Origin: Azolla caroliniana
Taxonomy: Eukaryota; Plantae; Polypodiophyta
Length of the DNA stretch: 64,000 nucleotides
NCBI GenBank assembly: GCA_043228905.1
Contig: JBHGNT010000045.1
Location: 62,001-126,000, forward strand
Direction: 5' to 3'
How positions within the stretch are numbered: position 1 is the first letter of the stretch; each line of letters opens with the position of its first letter. This document shows positions 46,301-60,003 of this stretch, one piece after another. The translations under genes were made by a program, and so were the position numbers. The notes beneath the pieces are model-generated. The model had not been told where the DNA came from and made no database searches. It was given only the letters and a program-made list of their open reading frames with translations.

Positions 46301-48829
46301 CTTCGATTCGCATGTTTGAACACAAAAATCCGATATCACACGAGCCAGGTATGAACATTTTAATTTACTCAAGGGCTTCTCTCAACTCCCTCCTCATGTT
46401 TGCTAATTTCGTCATGTCTCTCGACTTGAGTTTCAAAATCTTGATTTTTTAATTCCATATCATAGCTAGCATTGTTAGCTTCGATTCGCATGTTTGAACA
46501 CAAAAATCCGATATGACACGAGCCAGGTATGAACATTTTCATTTACTCAAGGGCTCTTCTCAACTCACTCCTCAAATTTGGTAATTTCGTCATGTCTCTC
46601 GACCTGAGTTTCAAAATATTGATTTTTTAATTCCATATCATAGCTAGCATTGTTAGCTTCGATTGGCATGTTTGAACACAAAAATCCGATATTACACGAG
46701 CCAGGTATGAACATTTTCATTTACTCAAGGGCTCCTCTCAACTCCCTCCTCAAATTTGGTAATTTCGTCATGTCTCTCGACCAGAGTTTCAAAATGTTGA
46801 TTTTTTAATTCCATAGCATAGCTAGCGTTGTTAGCTTCGATTCGCATGTTTGAACACAAAAATTCGATATTACACCAGCCAGGTATGAACATTTTCATTT
46901 ACTCAAGGGGTCCTCTCAACTCACTACTCAAATTTGGTAATTTCATCATGTCTCTCGACCAGAGTTTCAAAATCTTGATTTATTAATTCCATATCATAGC
47001 TAGCGTTGTTAGCTTCGATTCACATGTTTGAACACAAACATCGGATATCACACGAGCCAGGTATGAACATTTTAATTTACTCAAGGGCTCCTCTCAACTC
47101 CCTCCTCATGTTTGCTAATTTCGTCATGTCTCTCGACATGAGTTTCAAAATCTTCATTTTTTAATTCCATATCATAGCTAGCGTTGTTAGCTTCGATTCG
47201 CATGTTTGAACACAAAAATCCGATATCACACGAGCCAGGTATGAACATTTTCATTTACTCAAGGGCTCCTCTCAACTCCCTCCTCAAATTTGGTAATTTC
47301 GTCATGTCTCTCGACCAGAGTTTCAAAATCTTGATTTTTTAATTCCATAGCATAGCTAGCGTTGTTAGCTTCGATTCGCATGTTTGAACACAAAAATCCG
47401 ATATTACACCAGCCAGGTATGAACATTTTCATTTACTCAAGGGGTCCTCTCAACTCACTACTCAAATTTGGTAATTTCATCATGTCTCTTGACCAGAGTT
47501 TCAAAATCTTGATTTATTAAGTCCATATCATAGCTAGCGTTGTTAGCTTCGATTCGCATGTTTGAACACAAACATCGGATATCACACGGGCCAGGTATGA
47601 ACATTTTAATTTACTCAAGGGCTCCTCTCAACTCCCTCCTCATGTTTGCTAATTTCGTCATGTCTCTCGACTTGAGTTTCAAAATCTTGATTTTTTAATT
47701 CCATATCATAGCTAGCGTTGTTAGCTTAGATTCGCATGTTTGAACACAAAAATCCGATATCACACGAGCCAGGTATGAACATTTTAATTTACTCAAGGGC
47801 TTCTCTCAACTCCCTCCTCATGTTTGCTAATTTCGTCATGTCTCTCGACCTGAGTTTCAAAATATTCATTTTGTTAATTCCATATCATAGCTAGCGTTGT
47901 TAGCTTCGATTCGCATGTTTGAACACAAAAATCCGATATCACACGAGCCAGGTATGAACATTTTCATTTACTCAAGGGCTCTTCTCAACTCACTCCTCAA
48001 ATTTGCTAATTTCGTCATGTCTCTCGACCTGAGTTTCAAAATATTGATTTTTTAATTCCATATCATAGCTAGCATTGTTAGCTTCGATTGGCATGTTTGA
48101 ACACAAAAATCCGATATTACACGAGCCAGGTATGAACATTTTCATTTACTCAAGGGCTCCTCTCAACTCCCTCCTCAAATTTGGTAATTTCGTCATGTCT
48201 CTCGACCAGAGTTTCAAAATCTTGATTTTTTAATTCCATAGCATAGCTAGCGTTGTTAGCTTCGATTCGCATGTTTGAACACAAAAATCCGATATTACAC
48301 CAGCCAGGTATGAACATTTTCATTTACTCAAGGGGTCCTCTCAACTCACTACTCAAATTTGGTAATTTCATCATGTCTCTTGACCAGAGTTTCAAAATCT
48401 TGATTTATTAAGTCCATATCATAGCTAGCGTTGTTAGCTTCGATTCGCATGTTTGAACACAAACATCGGATATCACACGAGCCAGGTATGAACATTTTAA
48501 TTTACTCAAGGGCTCCTCTCAACTCCCTCCTCATGTTTGCTAATTTCGTCATGTCTCTCGACCTGTGTTTCAAAATCTTGATTTTTTAATTCCATATCAT
48601 AGCTAGCGTTGTTAGCTTCGATTCGCATGTTTGAACACAAAAATCCGATATCACACGAGCCAGGTATGAACATTTTAATTTACTCAAGGGCTTCTCTCAA
48701 CTCCCTCCTCATGTTTGCTAATTTCGTCATGTCTCTCGACTTGAGTTTCAAAATCTTGATTTTTTAATTCCATATCATAGCTAGCATTGTTAGCTTCGAT
48801 TCGCATGTTTGAACACAAAAATCCGATAT
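40374..48829 (+). repeat. 23-monomer (4095-bp) tandem duplication, about two copies
   Basis: The private variant AATATTCATTTTGTTAAT has its C at 43772 and 47867 (4095 = 23x178+1). Matching breaks at 40373/44468 and at 44735/48830. Confidence 0.88.
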
Positions 48830-50399
48830 GACACGAGCCAGGTATGAACATTTTCATTTACTCAAGGGCTCTTCTCAACTCACTCCTCAAATTTGGTAAT
48901 TTCGTCATGTCTCTCGACCTGAGTTTCAAAATATTGATTTTTTAATTCCATATCATAGCTAGCATTGTTAGCTTCGATTGGCATGTTTGAACACAAAAAT
49001 CCGATATTACACGAGCCAGGTATGAACATTTTCATTTACTCAAGGGCTCCTCTCAACTCCCTCCTCAAATTTGGTAATTTCGTCATGTCTCTCGACCAGA
49101 GTTTCAAAATCTTGATTTTTTAATTCCATAGCATAGCTAGCGTTGTTAGCTTCGATTCGCATGTTTGAACACAAAAATCCGATATTACACCAGCCAGGTA
49201 TGAACATTTTCATTTACTCAAGGGGTCCTCTCAACTCACTACTCAAATTTGGTAATTTCATCATGTCTCTTGACCAGAGTTTCAAAATCTTGATTTATTA
49301 AGTCCATATCATAGCTAGCGTTGTTAGCTTCGATTCGCATGTTTGAACACAAACATCGGATATCACACGAGCCAGGTATGAACATTTTAATTTACTCAAG
49401 GGCTCCTCTCAACTCCCTCCTCATGTTTGCTAATTTCGTCATGTCTCTCGACTTGAGTTTCAAAATCTTGATTTTTTAATTCCATATCATAGCTAGCGTT
49501 GTTAGCTTCGATTCGCATGTTTGAACACAAAAATCCGATATCACACGAGCCAGGTATGAACATTTTAATTTACTCAAGGGCTTCTCTCAACTCCCTCCTC
49601 ATGTTTGCTAATTTCGTCATGTCTCTCGACCTGAGTTTCAAAATATTGATTTTGTTAATTCCATATCATAGCTAGCGTTGTTAGCTTCGATTCGCATGTT
49701 TGAACACAAAAATCCGATATCACACGAGCCAGGTATGAACATTTTCATTTACTCAAGGGCTCTTCTCAACTCACTCCTCAAATTTGCTAATTTTGTCATG
49801 TCTCTCGACCAGAGTTTCAAAATGTTGATTTTTTAATTCCATAGCATAGCTAGCGTTGTTAGCTTCGATTCGCATGTTTGAACACAAAAATCCGATATTA
49901 CACCAGCCAGGTATGAACATTTTCATTTACTCAAGGGCTCCTCTCAACTCACTAGTCAAATTTGGTAATTTCGTCATGTCTCTCGACCAGAGTTTCAAAA
50001 TCTTGATTTTTTAATTGCATAGCATAGCTAGCGTTGTTAGCTTCGATTCGCATGTTTGAACACAAAAATCCGATATTACACCAGCCAGGTATGAACATTT
50101 TCATTTACTCAAGGGCTCCTCTCAACTCCCTCCTCATGTTTGCTAATTTCGTCATGTCTCTCGACCTGAGTTTCAAAATATTGATTTTTTAATTCCATAT
50201 CATAGCTAGCGTTGTTAGCTTCGATTCGCATGTTTGAACACAAAAATCCGATATCACACGAGCCAGGTATGAACATTTTCATTTACTCAAGGGCTCTTCT
50301 CAACTCCCTCCTCAAATTTGCTAATTTCGTCATGTCTCTCAACCAGAGTTTCAAAATATTGATTTTTTAATTCCATAGCATAGCTAGCGTTGTTAGCTT

Positions 50400-53300
50400 C
50401 GATTCGCATGTTTGAACACAAAAATCCGATATCACACGAGCCAGGTATGAACATTTTAATTTACTCAAGGGCTCCTCTCAACTCCCTCCTCATGTTTGCT
50501 AATTTTGTCATGTCTCTTGACCTGAGTTTCAAAATCTTGATTTTTTAATTCCATATCATAGCTAGCGTTGTTAGCTTCGATTGGCATGTTTGAACACGAA
50601 AATCCGATATCACACGAGCCAGGTATGAACATTTTAATTTACCTCCTGACTCTTCTCAACTCACTCCTCAAATTTGGTAATTTTGTCATGTCTCTCGGAT
50701 AGAGTTTCAAAATATTGATTTTTTATTTCCATATCATAGGTAGTGTTGTTAGCTTTGATTCGCATGTTTGAACACAAAATTCCGATATCACACGAGCCAG
50801 GTATGAACATTTTCATTTACTCAAGGGCTCACCTCAACTCACTACTCAAATTTGGTAATTTCGTCATGTCTCTCGACCAGAGTTTCAAAATCTTGATTTT
50901 TTAAGTCCATATCATAGCTAGCGTTGTTAGCTTCGATTCGCATGTTTGAACACAAACATCGGATATCACACGAGCCAGGTATGAACATTTTAATTTACTC
51001 AAGGGCTCCTCTCAACTCCCTCCTCATGTTTGCTAATTTCGTCATGTCTCTCGACCTGTGTTTCAAAATCTTGATTTTTTAATTCCATATCATAGCTAGC
51101 GTTGTTAGCTTCGATTCGCATGTTTGAACACAAAAATCCGATATCACACGAGCCAGGTATGAACATTTTAATTTACTCAAGGGCTTCTCTCAACTCCCTC
51201 CTCATGTTTGCTAATTTCGTCATGTCTCTCGACTTGAGTTTCAAAATCTTGATTTTTTAATTCCATATCATAGCTAGCATTGTTAGCTTCGATTCGCATG
51301 TTTGAACACAAAAATCCGATATGACACGAGCCAGGTATGAACATTTTCATTTACTCAAGGGCTCTTCTCAACTCACTCCTCAAATTTGGTAATTTCGTCA
51401 TGTCTCTCGACCTGAGTTTCAAAATATTGATTTTTTAATTCCATATCATAGCTAGCATTGTTAGCTTCGATTGGCATGTTTGAACACAAAAATCCGATAT
51501 TACACGAGCCAGGTATGAACATTTTCATTTACTCAAGGGCTCCTCTCAACTCCCTCCTCAAATTTGGTAATTTCGTCATGTCTCTCGACCAGAGTTTCAA
51601 AATGTTGATTTTTTAATTCCATAGCATAGCTAGCGTTGTTAGCTTCGATTCGCATGTTTGAACACAAAAATTCGATATTACACCAGCCAGGTATGAACAT
51701 TTTCATTTACTCAAGGGGTCCTCTCAACTCACTACTCAAATTTGGTAATTTCATCATGTCTCTAGACCAGAGTTTCAAAATCTTGATTTATTAAGTCCAT
51801 ATCATAGCTAGTGTTGTTAGCTTCGATTCACATGTTTGAACACAAACATCGGATATCACATGAGCGAGGTATGAACATTTTCATTTACTCAAGGGCTCCT
51901 CTCAACTCCCTCCTCATGTTTGCTAATTTCGTCATGTCTCTCGACTTGAGTTTCAAAATCTTCATTTTTTAATTCCATGTCATAGCTAGCGTTGTTAGCT
52001 TCGATTCGCATGTTTGAACACAAAAATCCGATATCACACGAGCCAGGTATGAACATTTTAATTTACTCAAGGGCTTCTCTCAACTCCCTCCTCATGTTTG
52101 CTAATTTCGTCATGTCTCTCGACCTGAGTTTCAAAATATTGATTTTTTAATTCCATATCATAGCTAGCGTTGTTAGCTTCGATTCGCATGTTTGAACACA
52201 AAAATCCGATATCACACGAGCCAGGTATGAACATTTTCATTTACTCAAGGGCTCTTCTCAACTCACTCCTCAAATTTGCTAATTTTGTCATGTCTCTTGA
52301 CCTGAGTTTCAAAATCTTGATTTTTTAATTCCATAGCATAGCTAGCGTTGTTAGCTTCGATTCGCATGTTTGAACACAAAAATCCGATATCACACGAGCC
52401 AGGTATGAACATTTTAATTTACTCAAGGGCTCCTCTCAACTCCCTCCTCATGTTTGCTAATTTTGTCATGTCTCTTGACCTGAGTTTCAAAATCTTGATT
52501 TTTTAATTCCATATCATAGCTAGCGTTGTTAGCTTCGATTGGCATGTTTGAACACGAAAATCCGATATCACACGAGCCAGGTATGAACATTTTAATTTAC
52601 CTCCTGACTCTTCTCAACTCACTCCTCAAATTTGGTAATTTCGTCATGTCTCTCGGATAGAGTTTCAAAATATTGATTTTTTATTTCCATATCATAGGTA
52701 GTGTTGTTAGCTTTGATTCGCATGTTTGAACACAAAATTCCGATATCACACGAGCCAGGTATGAACATTTTCATTTACTCAAGGGCTCCTCTCAACTCCC
52801 TCCTCATGTTTGCTAATTTTGTCATGTCTCTTGACCTGAGTTTCAAAATCTTGATTTTTTAATTCCATATCATAGCTAGCGTTGTTAGCTTCGATTGGCA
52901 TGTTTGAACACGAAAATCCGATATCACACGAGCCAGGTATGAACATTTTAATTTACCTCCTGACTCTTCTCAACTCACTCCTCAAATTTGGTAATTTCGT
53001 CATGTCTCTCGGATAGAGTTTCAAAATATTGATTTTTTATTTCCATATCATAGGTAGTGTTGTTAGCTTTGATTCGCATGTTTGAACACAAAATTCCGAT
53101 ATCACACGAACCAGGTATGAACATTTTCATTTACTCAAGGGCTCACCTCAACTCACTACTCAAATTTGGTAATTTCGTCATGTCTCTCGACCAGAGTTTC
53201 AAAATCTTGATTTTTTAAGTCCATATCATAGCTAGCGTTGTTAGCTTCGATTCACATGTTTGAACACAAACATCGGATATCACACGAGCCAGGTATGAAC

Positions 53301-56300
53301 ATTTTAATTTACTCAAGGGCTCCTCTCAACTCCCTCCTCATGTTTGCTAATTTCGTCATGTCTCTCGACCTGTGTTTCAAAATCTTGATTTTTTAATTCC
53401 ATATCATAGCTAGCGTTGTTAGCTTCGATTCGCATGTTTGAACACAAAAATCCGATATCACACGAGCCAGGTATGAACATTTTAATTTACTCAAGGGCTT
53501 CTCTCAACTCCCTCCTCATGTTTGCTAATTTCGTCATGTCTCTCGACTTGAGTTTCAAAATCTTGATTTTTTAATTCCATATCATAGCTAGCATTGTTAG
53601 CTTCGATTCGCATGTTTGAACACAAAAATCCGATATGACACGAGCCAGGTATGAACATTTTCATTTACTCAAGGGCTCTTCTCAACTCACTCCTCAAATT
53701 TGGTAATTTCGTCATGTCTCTCGACCTGAGTTTCAAAATATTGATTTTTTAATTCCATATCATAGCTAGCATTGTTAGCTTCGATTGGCATGTTTGAACA
53801 CAAAAATCCGATATTACACGAGCCAGGTATGAACATTTTCATTTACTCAAGGGCTCCTCTCAACTCCCTCCTCAAATTTGGTAATTTCGTCATGTCTCTC
53901 GACCAGAGTTTCAAAATGTTGATTTTTTAATTCCATAGCATAGCTAGCGTTGTTAGCTTCGATTCGCATGTTTGAACACAAAAATTCGATATTACACCAG
54001 CCAGGTATGAACATTTTCATTTACTCAAGGGGTCCTCTCAACTCACTACTCAAATTTGGTAATTTCATCATGTCTCTCGACCAGAGTTTCAAAATCTTGA
54101 TTTATTAAGTCCATATCATAGCTAGTGTTGTTAGCTTCGATTCACATGTTTGAACACAAACATCGGATATCACACGAGCGAGGTATGAACATTTTCATTT
54201 ACTCAAGGGCTCCTCTCAACTCCCTCCTCATGTTTGCTAATTTCGTCATGTCTCTCGACTTGAGTTTCAAAATCTTCATTTTTTAATTCCATGTCATAGC
54301 TAGCGTTGTTAGCTTCGATTCGCATGTTTGAACACAAAAATCCGATATCACACGAGCCAGGTATGAACATTTTAATTTACTCAAGGGCTTCTCTCAACTC
54401 CCTCCTCATGTTTGCTAATTTCGTCATGTCTCTCGACCTGAGTTTCAAAATATTGATTTTTTAATTCCATATCATAGCTAGCGTTGTTAGCTTCGATTCG
54501 CATGTTTGAACACAAAAATCCGATATCACACGAGCCAGGTATGAACATTTTCATTTACTCAAGGGCTCTTCTCAACTCACTCCTCAAATTTGCTAATTTT
54601 GTCATGTCTCTTGACCTGAGTTTCAAAATGTTGATTTTTTAATTCCATAGCATAGCTAGCGTTGTTAGCTTCGATTCGCATGTTTGAACACAAAAATTCG
54701 ATATTACACCAGCCAGGTATGAACATTTTCATTTACTCAAGGGGTCCTCTCAACTCACTACTCAAATTTGGTAATTTCATCATGTCTCTCGACCAGAGTT
54801 TCAAAATCTTGATTTATTAAGTCCATATCATAGCTAGTGTTGTTAGCTTCGATTCACATGTTTGAACACAAACATCGGATATCACACGAGCGAGGTATGA
54901 ACATTTTCATTTACTCAAGGGCTCCTCTCAACTCCCTCCTCATGTTTGCTAATTTCGTCATGTCTCTCGACTTGAGTTTCAAAATCTTCATTTTTTAATT
55001 CCATGTCATAGCTAGCGTTGTTAGCTTCGATTCGCATGTTTGAACACAAAAATCCGATATCACACGAGCCAGGTATGAACATTTTAATTTACTCAAGGGC
55101 TTCTCTCAACTCCCTCCTCATGTTTGCTAATTTCGTCATGTCTCTCGACCTGAGTTTCAAAATATTGATTTTTTAATTCCATATCATAGCTAGCGTTGTT
55201 AGCTTCGATTCGCATGTTTGAACACAAAAATCCGATATCACACGAGCCAGGTATGAACATTTTCATTTACTCAAGGGCTCTTCTCAACTCACTCCTCAAA
55301 TTTGCTAATTTTGTCATGTCTCTTGACCTGAGTTTCAAAATCTTGATTTTTTAATTCCATAGCATAGCTAGCGTTGTTAGCTTCGATTCGCATGTTTGAA
55401 CACAAAAATCCGATATCACACGAGCCAGGTATGAACATTTTAATTTACTCAAGGGCTCCTCTCAACTCCCTCCTCATGTTTGCTAATTTTGTCATGTCTC
55501 TTGACCTGAGTTTCAAAATCTTGATTTTTTAATTCCATATCATAGCTAGCGTTGTTAGCTTCGATTGGCATGTTTGAACACGAAAATCCGATATCACACG
55601 AGCCAGGTATGAACATTTTAATTTACCTCCTGACTCTTCTCAACTCACTCCTCAAATTTGGTAATTTCGTCATGTCTCTCGGATAGAGTTTCAAAATATT
55701 GATTTTTTATTTCCATATCATAGGTAGTGTTGTTAGCTTTGATTCGCATGTTTGAACACAAAATTCCGATATCACACGAGCCAGGTATGAACATTTTCAT
55801 TTACTCAAGGGCTCCTCTCAACTCCCTCCTCATGTTTGCTAATTTTGTCATGTCTCTTGACCTGAGTTTCAAAATCTTGATTTTTTAATTCCATATCATA
55901 GCTAGCGTTGTTAGCTTCGATTGGCATGTTTGAACACGAAAATCCGATATCACACGAGCCAGGTATGAACATTTTAATTTACCTCCTGACTCTTCTCAAC
56001 TCACTCCTCAAATTTGGTAATTTCGTCATGTCTCTCGGATAGAGTTTCAAAATATTGATTTTTTATTTCCATATCATAGGTAGTGTTGTTAGCTTTGATT
56101 CGCATGTTTGAACACAAAATTCCGATATCACACGAGCCAGGTATGAACATTTTCATTTACTCAAGGGCTCACCTCAACTCACTACTCAAATTTGGTAATT
56201 TCGTCATGTCTCTCGACCAGAGTTTCAAAATCTTGATTTTTTAAGTCCATATCATAGCTAGCGTTGTTAGCTTCGATTCACATGTTTGAACACAAACATC

Positions 56301-57350
56301 GGATATCACACGAGCCAGGTATGAACATTTTAATTTACTCAAGGGCTCCTCTCAACTCCCTCCTCATGTTTGCTAATTTCGTCATGTCTCTCGACCTGTG
56401 TTTCAAAATCTTGATTTTTTAATTCCATATCATAGCTAGCGTTGTTAGCTTCGATTCGCATGTTTGAACACAAAAATCCGATATCACACGAGCCAGGTAT
56501 GAACATTTTGATTTACTCAAGGGCTTCTCTCAACTCCCTCCTCATGTTTGCTAATTTCGTCATGTCTCTCGACTTGAGTTTCAAAATCTTGATTTTTTAA
56601 TTCCATATCATAGCTAGCATTGTTAGCTTCGATTCGCATGTTTGAACACAAAAATCCGATATGACACGAGCCAGGTATGAACATTTTCATTTACTCAAGG
56701 GCTCTTCTCAACTCACTCCTCAAATTTGGTAATTTCGTCATGTCTCTCGACCTGAGTTTCAAAATATTGATTTTTTAATTCCATATCATAGCTAGCATTG
56801 TTAGCTTCGATTGGCATGTTTAAACACAAAAATCCGATATTACACGAGCCAGGTATGAACATTTTCATTTACTCAAGGGCTCCTCTCAACTCCCTCCTCA
56901 AATTTGGTAATTTCGTCATGTCTCTCGACCAGAGTTTCAAAATGTTGATTTTTTAATTCCATAGCATAGCTAGCGTTGTTAGCTTCGATTCGCATGTTTG
57001 AACACAAAAATTCGATATTACACCAGCCAGGTATGAACATTTTCATTTACTCAAGGGGTCCTCTCAACTCACTACTCAAATTTGGTAATTTCATCATGTC
57101 TCTCGACCAGAGTTTCAAAATCTTGATTTATTAAGTCCATATCATAGCTAGCGTTGTTAGCTTCGATTCCCATGTTTGAACACAAACATCGGATATCACA
57201 CGAGCCAGGTATGAACATTTTAATTTACTCAAGGGCTCCTCTCAACTCCCTCCTCATGTTTGCTAATTTCGTCATGTCTCTCGACTTGAGTTTCAAAATC
57301 TTCATTTTTTAATTCCATATCATAGCTAGCGTTGTTAGCTTCGATTCGCA
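50400..57350 (+). repeat. Nested 11/13/17-monomer HOR domain containing internal 2-mer and 4-mer duplications
   Basis: TACCTCCTGAC at 50640, 52598, 52954, 55624 and 55980 (spacings 1958, 356, 2670, 356). The CCATGTCATAG variant at 51979, 54293 and 55005 (spacings 2314, 712). Boundaries are approximate. Confidence 0.8.
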
Positions 57351-60003
57351 TGTTTGAACACAAAAATCCGATATTACACCAGCCAGGTATGAACATTTTC
57401 ATTTACTCAAGGGCTCCTCTCAACTCCCTCCTCATGTTTGCTAATTTTGTCATGTCTCTCGACCTGAGTTTCAAAATCTTGATTTTTTAATTCCATATCA
57501 TAGCTAGCGTTGTTAGCTTCGATTCGCATGTTTGAACACAAAAATCCGATATCACACGAGCGAGGTATGAACATTTTAATTTACTCAAGGGCTTCTCTCA
57601 ACTCCGTCCTCATGTTTGCTAATTTCGTCATGTCTCTCGACCTGAGTTTCAAAATCTTGATTTTTTAATTCCATAGCATAGCTAGGGTTGTTAGCTTCGA
57701 TTCGCATGTTTGAACACAAAAATCCGATATTACACGAGCCAGGTATGAACATTTTAATTTACTCAAGGGCTCCTCTCAACTCCCTCCTCATGTTTGCTAA
57801 TTTCGTCATGTCTCTCGACCTGTGTTTCAAAATCTTGATTTTTTAATTCCATATCATAGCTAGCGTTGTTAGCTTCGATTCGCATGTTTGAACACAAACA
57901 TCGGATATCACACGAGCCAGGTATGAACATTTTAATTTACTCAAGGGCTCCTCTCAACTCACTACTCAAATTTGGTAATTTCATCATGTCTCTCGACCAG
58001 AGTTTCAAAATCTTGATTTATTAAGTCCATATCATAGCTAGCGTTGTTAGCTTCGATTCGCATGTTTGAACACAAACATCGGATATCACACGAGCCAGGT
58101 ATGAACATTTTAATTTACTCAAGGGCTCCTCTCAACTCCCTCCTCATGTTTGCTAATTTCGTCATGTCTCTCGACCTGTGTTTCAAAATCTTGATTTTTT
58201 AATTCCATATCATAGCTAGCGTTGTTAGCTTCGATTCGCATGTTTGAACACAAAAATCCGATATCACACGAGCCAGGTATGAACATTTTAATTTACTCAA
58301 GGGCTTCTCTCAACTCCCTCCTCATGTTTGCTAATTTCGTCATGTCTCTCGACCTGAGTTTCAAAATATGGATTTTTTAATTCCATATCATAGCTAGCGT
58401 TGTTAGCTTCGATTCGCATGTTTGAACACAAAAATCCGATATCACACGAGCCAGGTATGAACATTTTCATTTACTCAAGGGCTCTTCTCAACTCACTCCT
58501 CAAATTTGCTAATTTCGTCATGTCTCTCGACCAGAGTTTCAAAATCTTGATTTTTTAATTCCATAGCATAGCTAGCGTTGTTAGCTTCGATTCGCATGTT
58601 TGAACACAAAAATCCGATATTACACCAGCCAGGTATGAACATTTTCATTTACTCAAGGGCTCCTCTCAACTCCCTCCTCATGTTTGCTAATTTGGTCATG
58701 TCTCTCGACCTGAGTTTCAAAATCTTGATTTTTTAATTCCATATCATAGCTAGCGTTGTTAGCTTCGATTCGCATGTTTGAACACGAAAATCCGATATCA
58801 CACAAGCCAGGTATGAACATTTTAATTTACTCAAGGGCTTCTCTCAACTCCGTCCTCATGTTTGCTAATTTCGTCATGTCTCTCGACTTGAGTTTCAAAA
58901 TCTTCATTTTTTAATTCCATATCATAGCTAGCATTGTTAGCTTCGATTCACATGTTTGAACACAAAAATCCGATATGACACGAGCCAGGTATGAACATTT
59001 TCATTTACTCAAGGGCTCTTCTCAACTAACTCCTTAAATTTGGTAATTTCGTCATGTCTCTCGACCTGAGTTTCAAAATATTGATTTTTTTATTCCATAT
59101 CATAGCTAGCGTTGTTAGCCTCGATTGGCATGTTTGAACACAAAAATCCGATATTACACGAGCCAGGTATGAACATTTTCATTTACTCAAGGGCTCCTCT
59201 CAACTCCCTCCTCAAATTTGGTAATTTCGTCATGTCTCTCGAGCTGAGTTTCAAAATCTTGATTTTTTAATTCCATATCATAGCTAGTGTTGTTAGCTTC
59301 GATACGCATGTTTGAACACAAAAATCCGATATGACACGAGCCAGGTATGAACATTTTCATTTACTCAAGGGCTCTTCTCAACTCAATCCTCAAATTTGCT
59401 AATTTCTTCATGTCTCTCGACCAGAGTTTCAAAATCTTGATTTTTTAATTCCATATCATAGCTAGCGTTGTTAGCTTCGATTCGCATGTTTGAACACAAA
59501 AATCCGATATCACACGAGCCAGGTATGAATATTTTAATTTACTCAAGGGCTTCTCTCAACTCCCTCCTCATGTTTGCTAATTTCGTCATGTCTCTCGACT
59601 TGAGTTTCAAAATCTTGATTTTGTAATTCCATATCATAGCTAGCGTTGTTAGCTTCGATTCGCATGTTTGAACACAAAAATCCGATATCACACGAGCCAT
59701 GTATGAACATTTTAATTTACTCAAGGGCTTCTCTCAACTCCCTCCTCATGTTTGCTAATTTCGTCATGTCTCTCGACTTGAGTTTCAAAATCTTGATTTT
59801 TTAATTCCATATCATAGCTAGCGTTGTTAGCTTCGATTCGCATGTTTGAACAAAAAATCCGATATCACACGAGCCAGGTATGAACATTTTAATTTACTCA
59901 AGGGCTCCTCTCAACTCCCTCCTCATGTTTGCTAATTTCGTCATGTCTCTCGACCTGTGTTTCAAAATCTTGATTTTTTAATTCCATATCATAGCTAGCG
60001 TTG

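Noticed and set aside
8415-59724. Short ORFs at 8415, 34009, 38461 and 59539 as genes
   Set aside because: They are translations of satellite monomers in which a SNP removed a stop codon. The two identical ones simply reflect the 4452-bp duplication.
59998-60002. GCGTT as a target-site duplication matching 61528-61532
   Set aside because: GCGTT is part of nearly every monomer, lies 14 bp from the junction, and there is no 3' LTR for it to flank.
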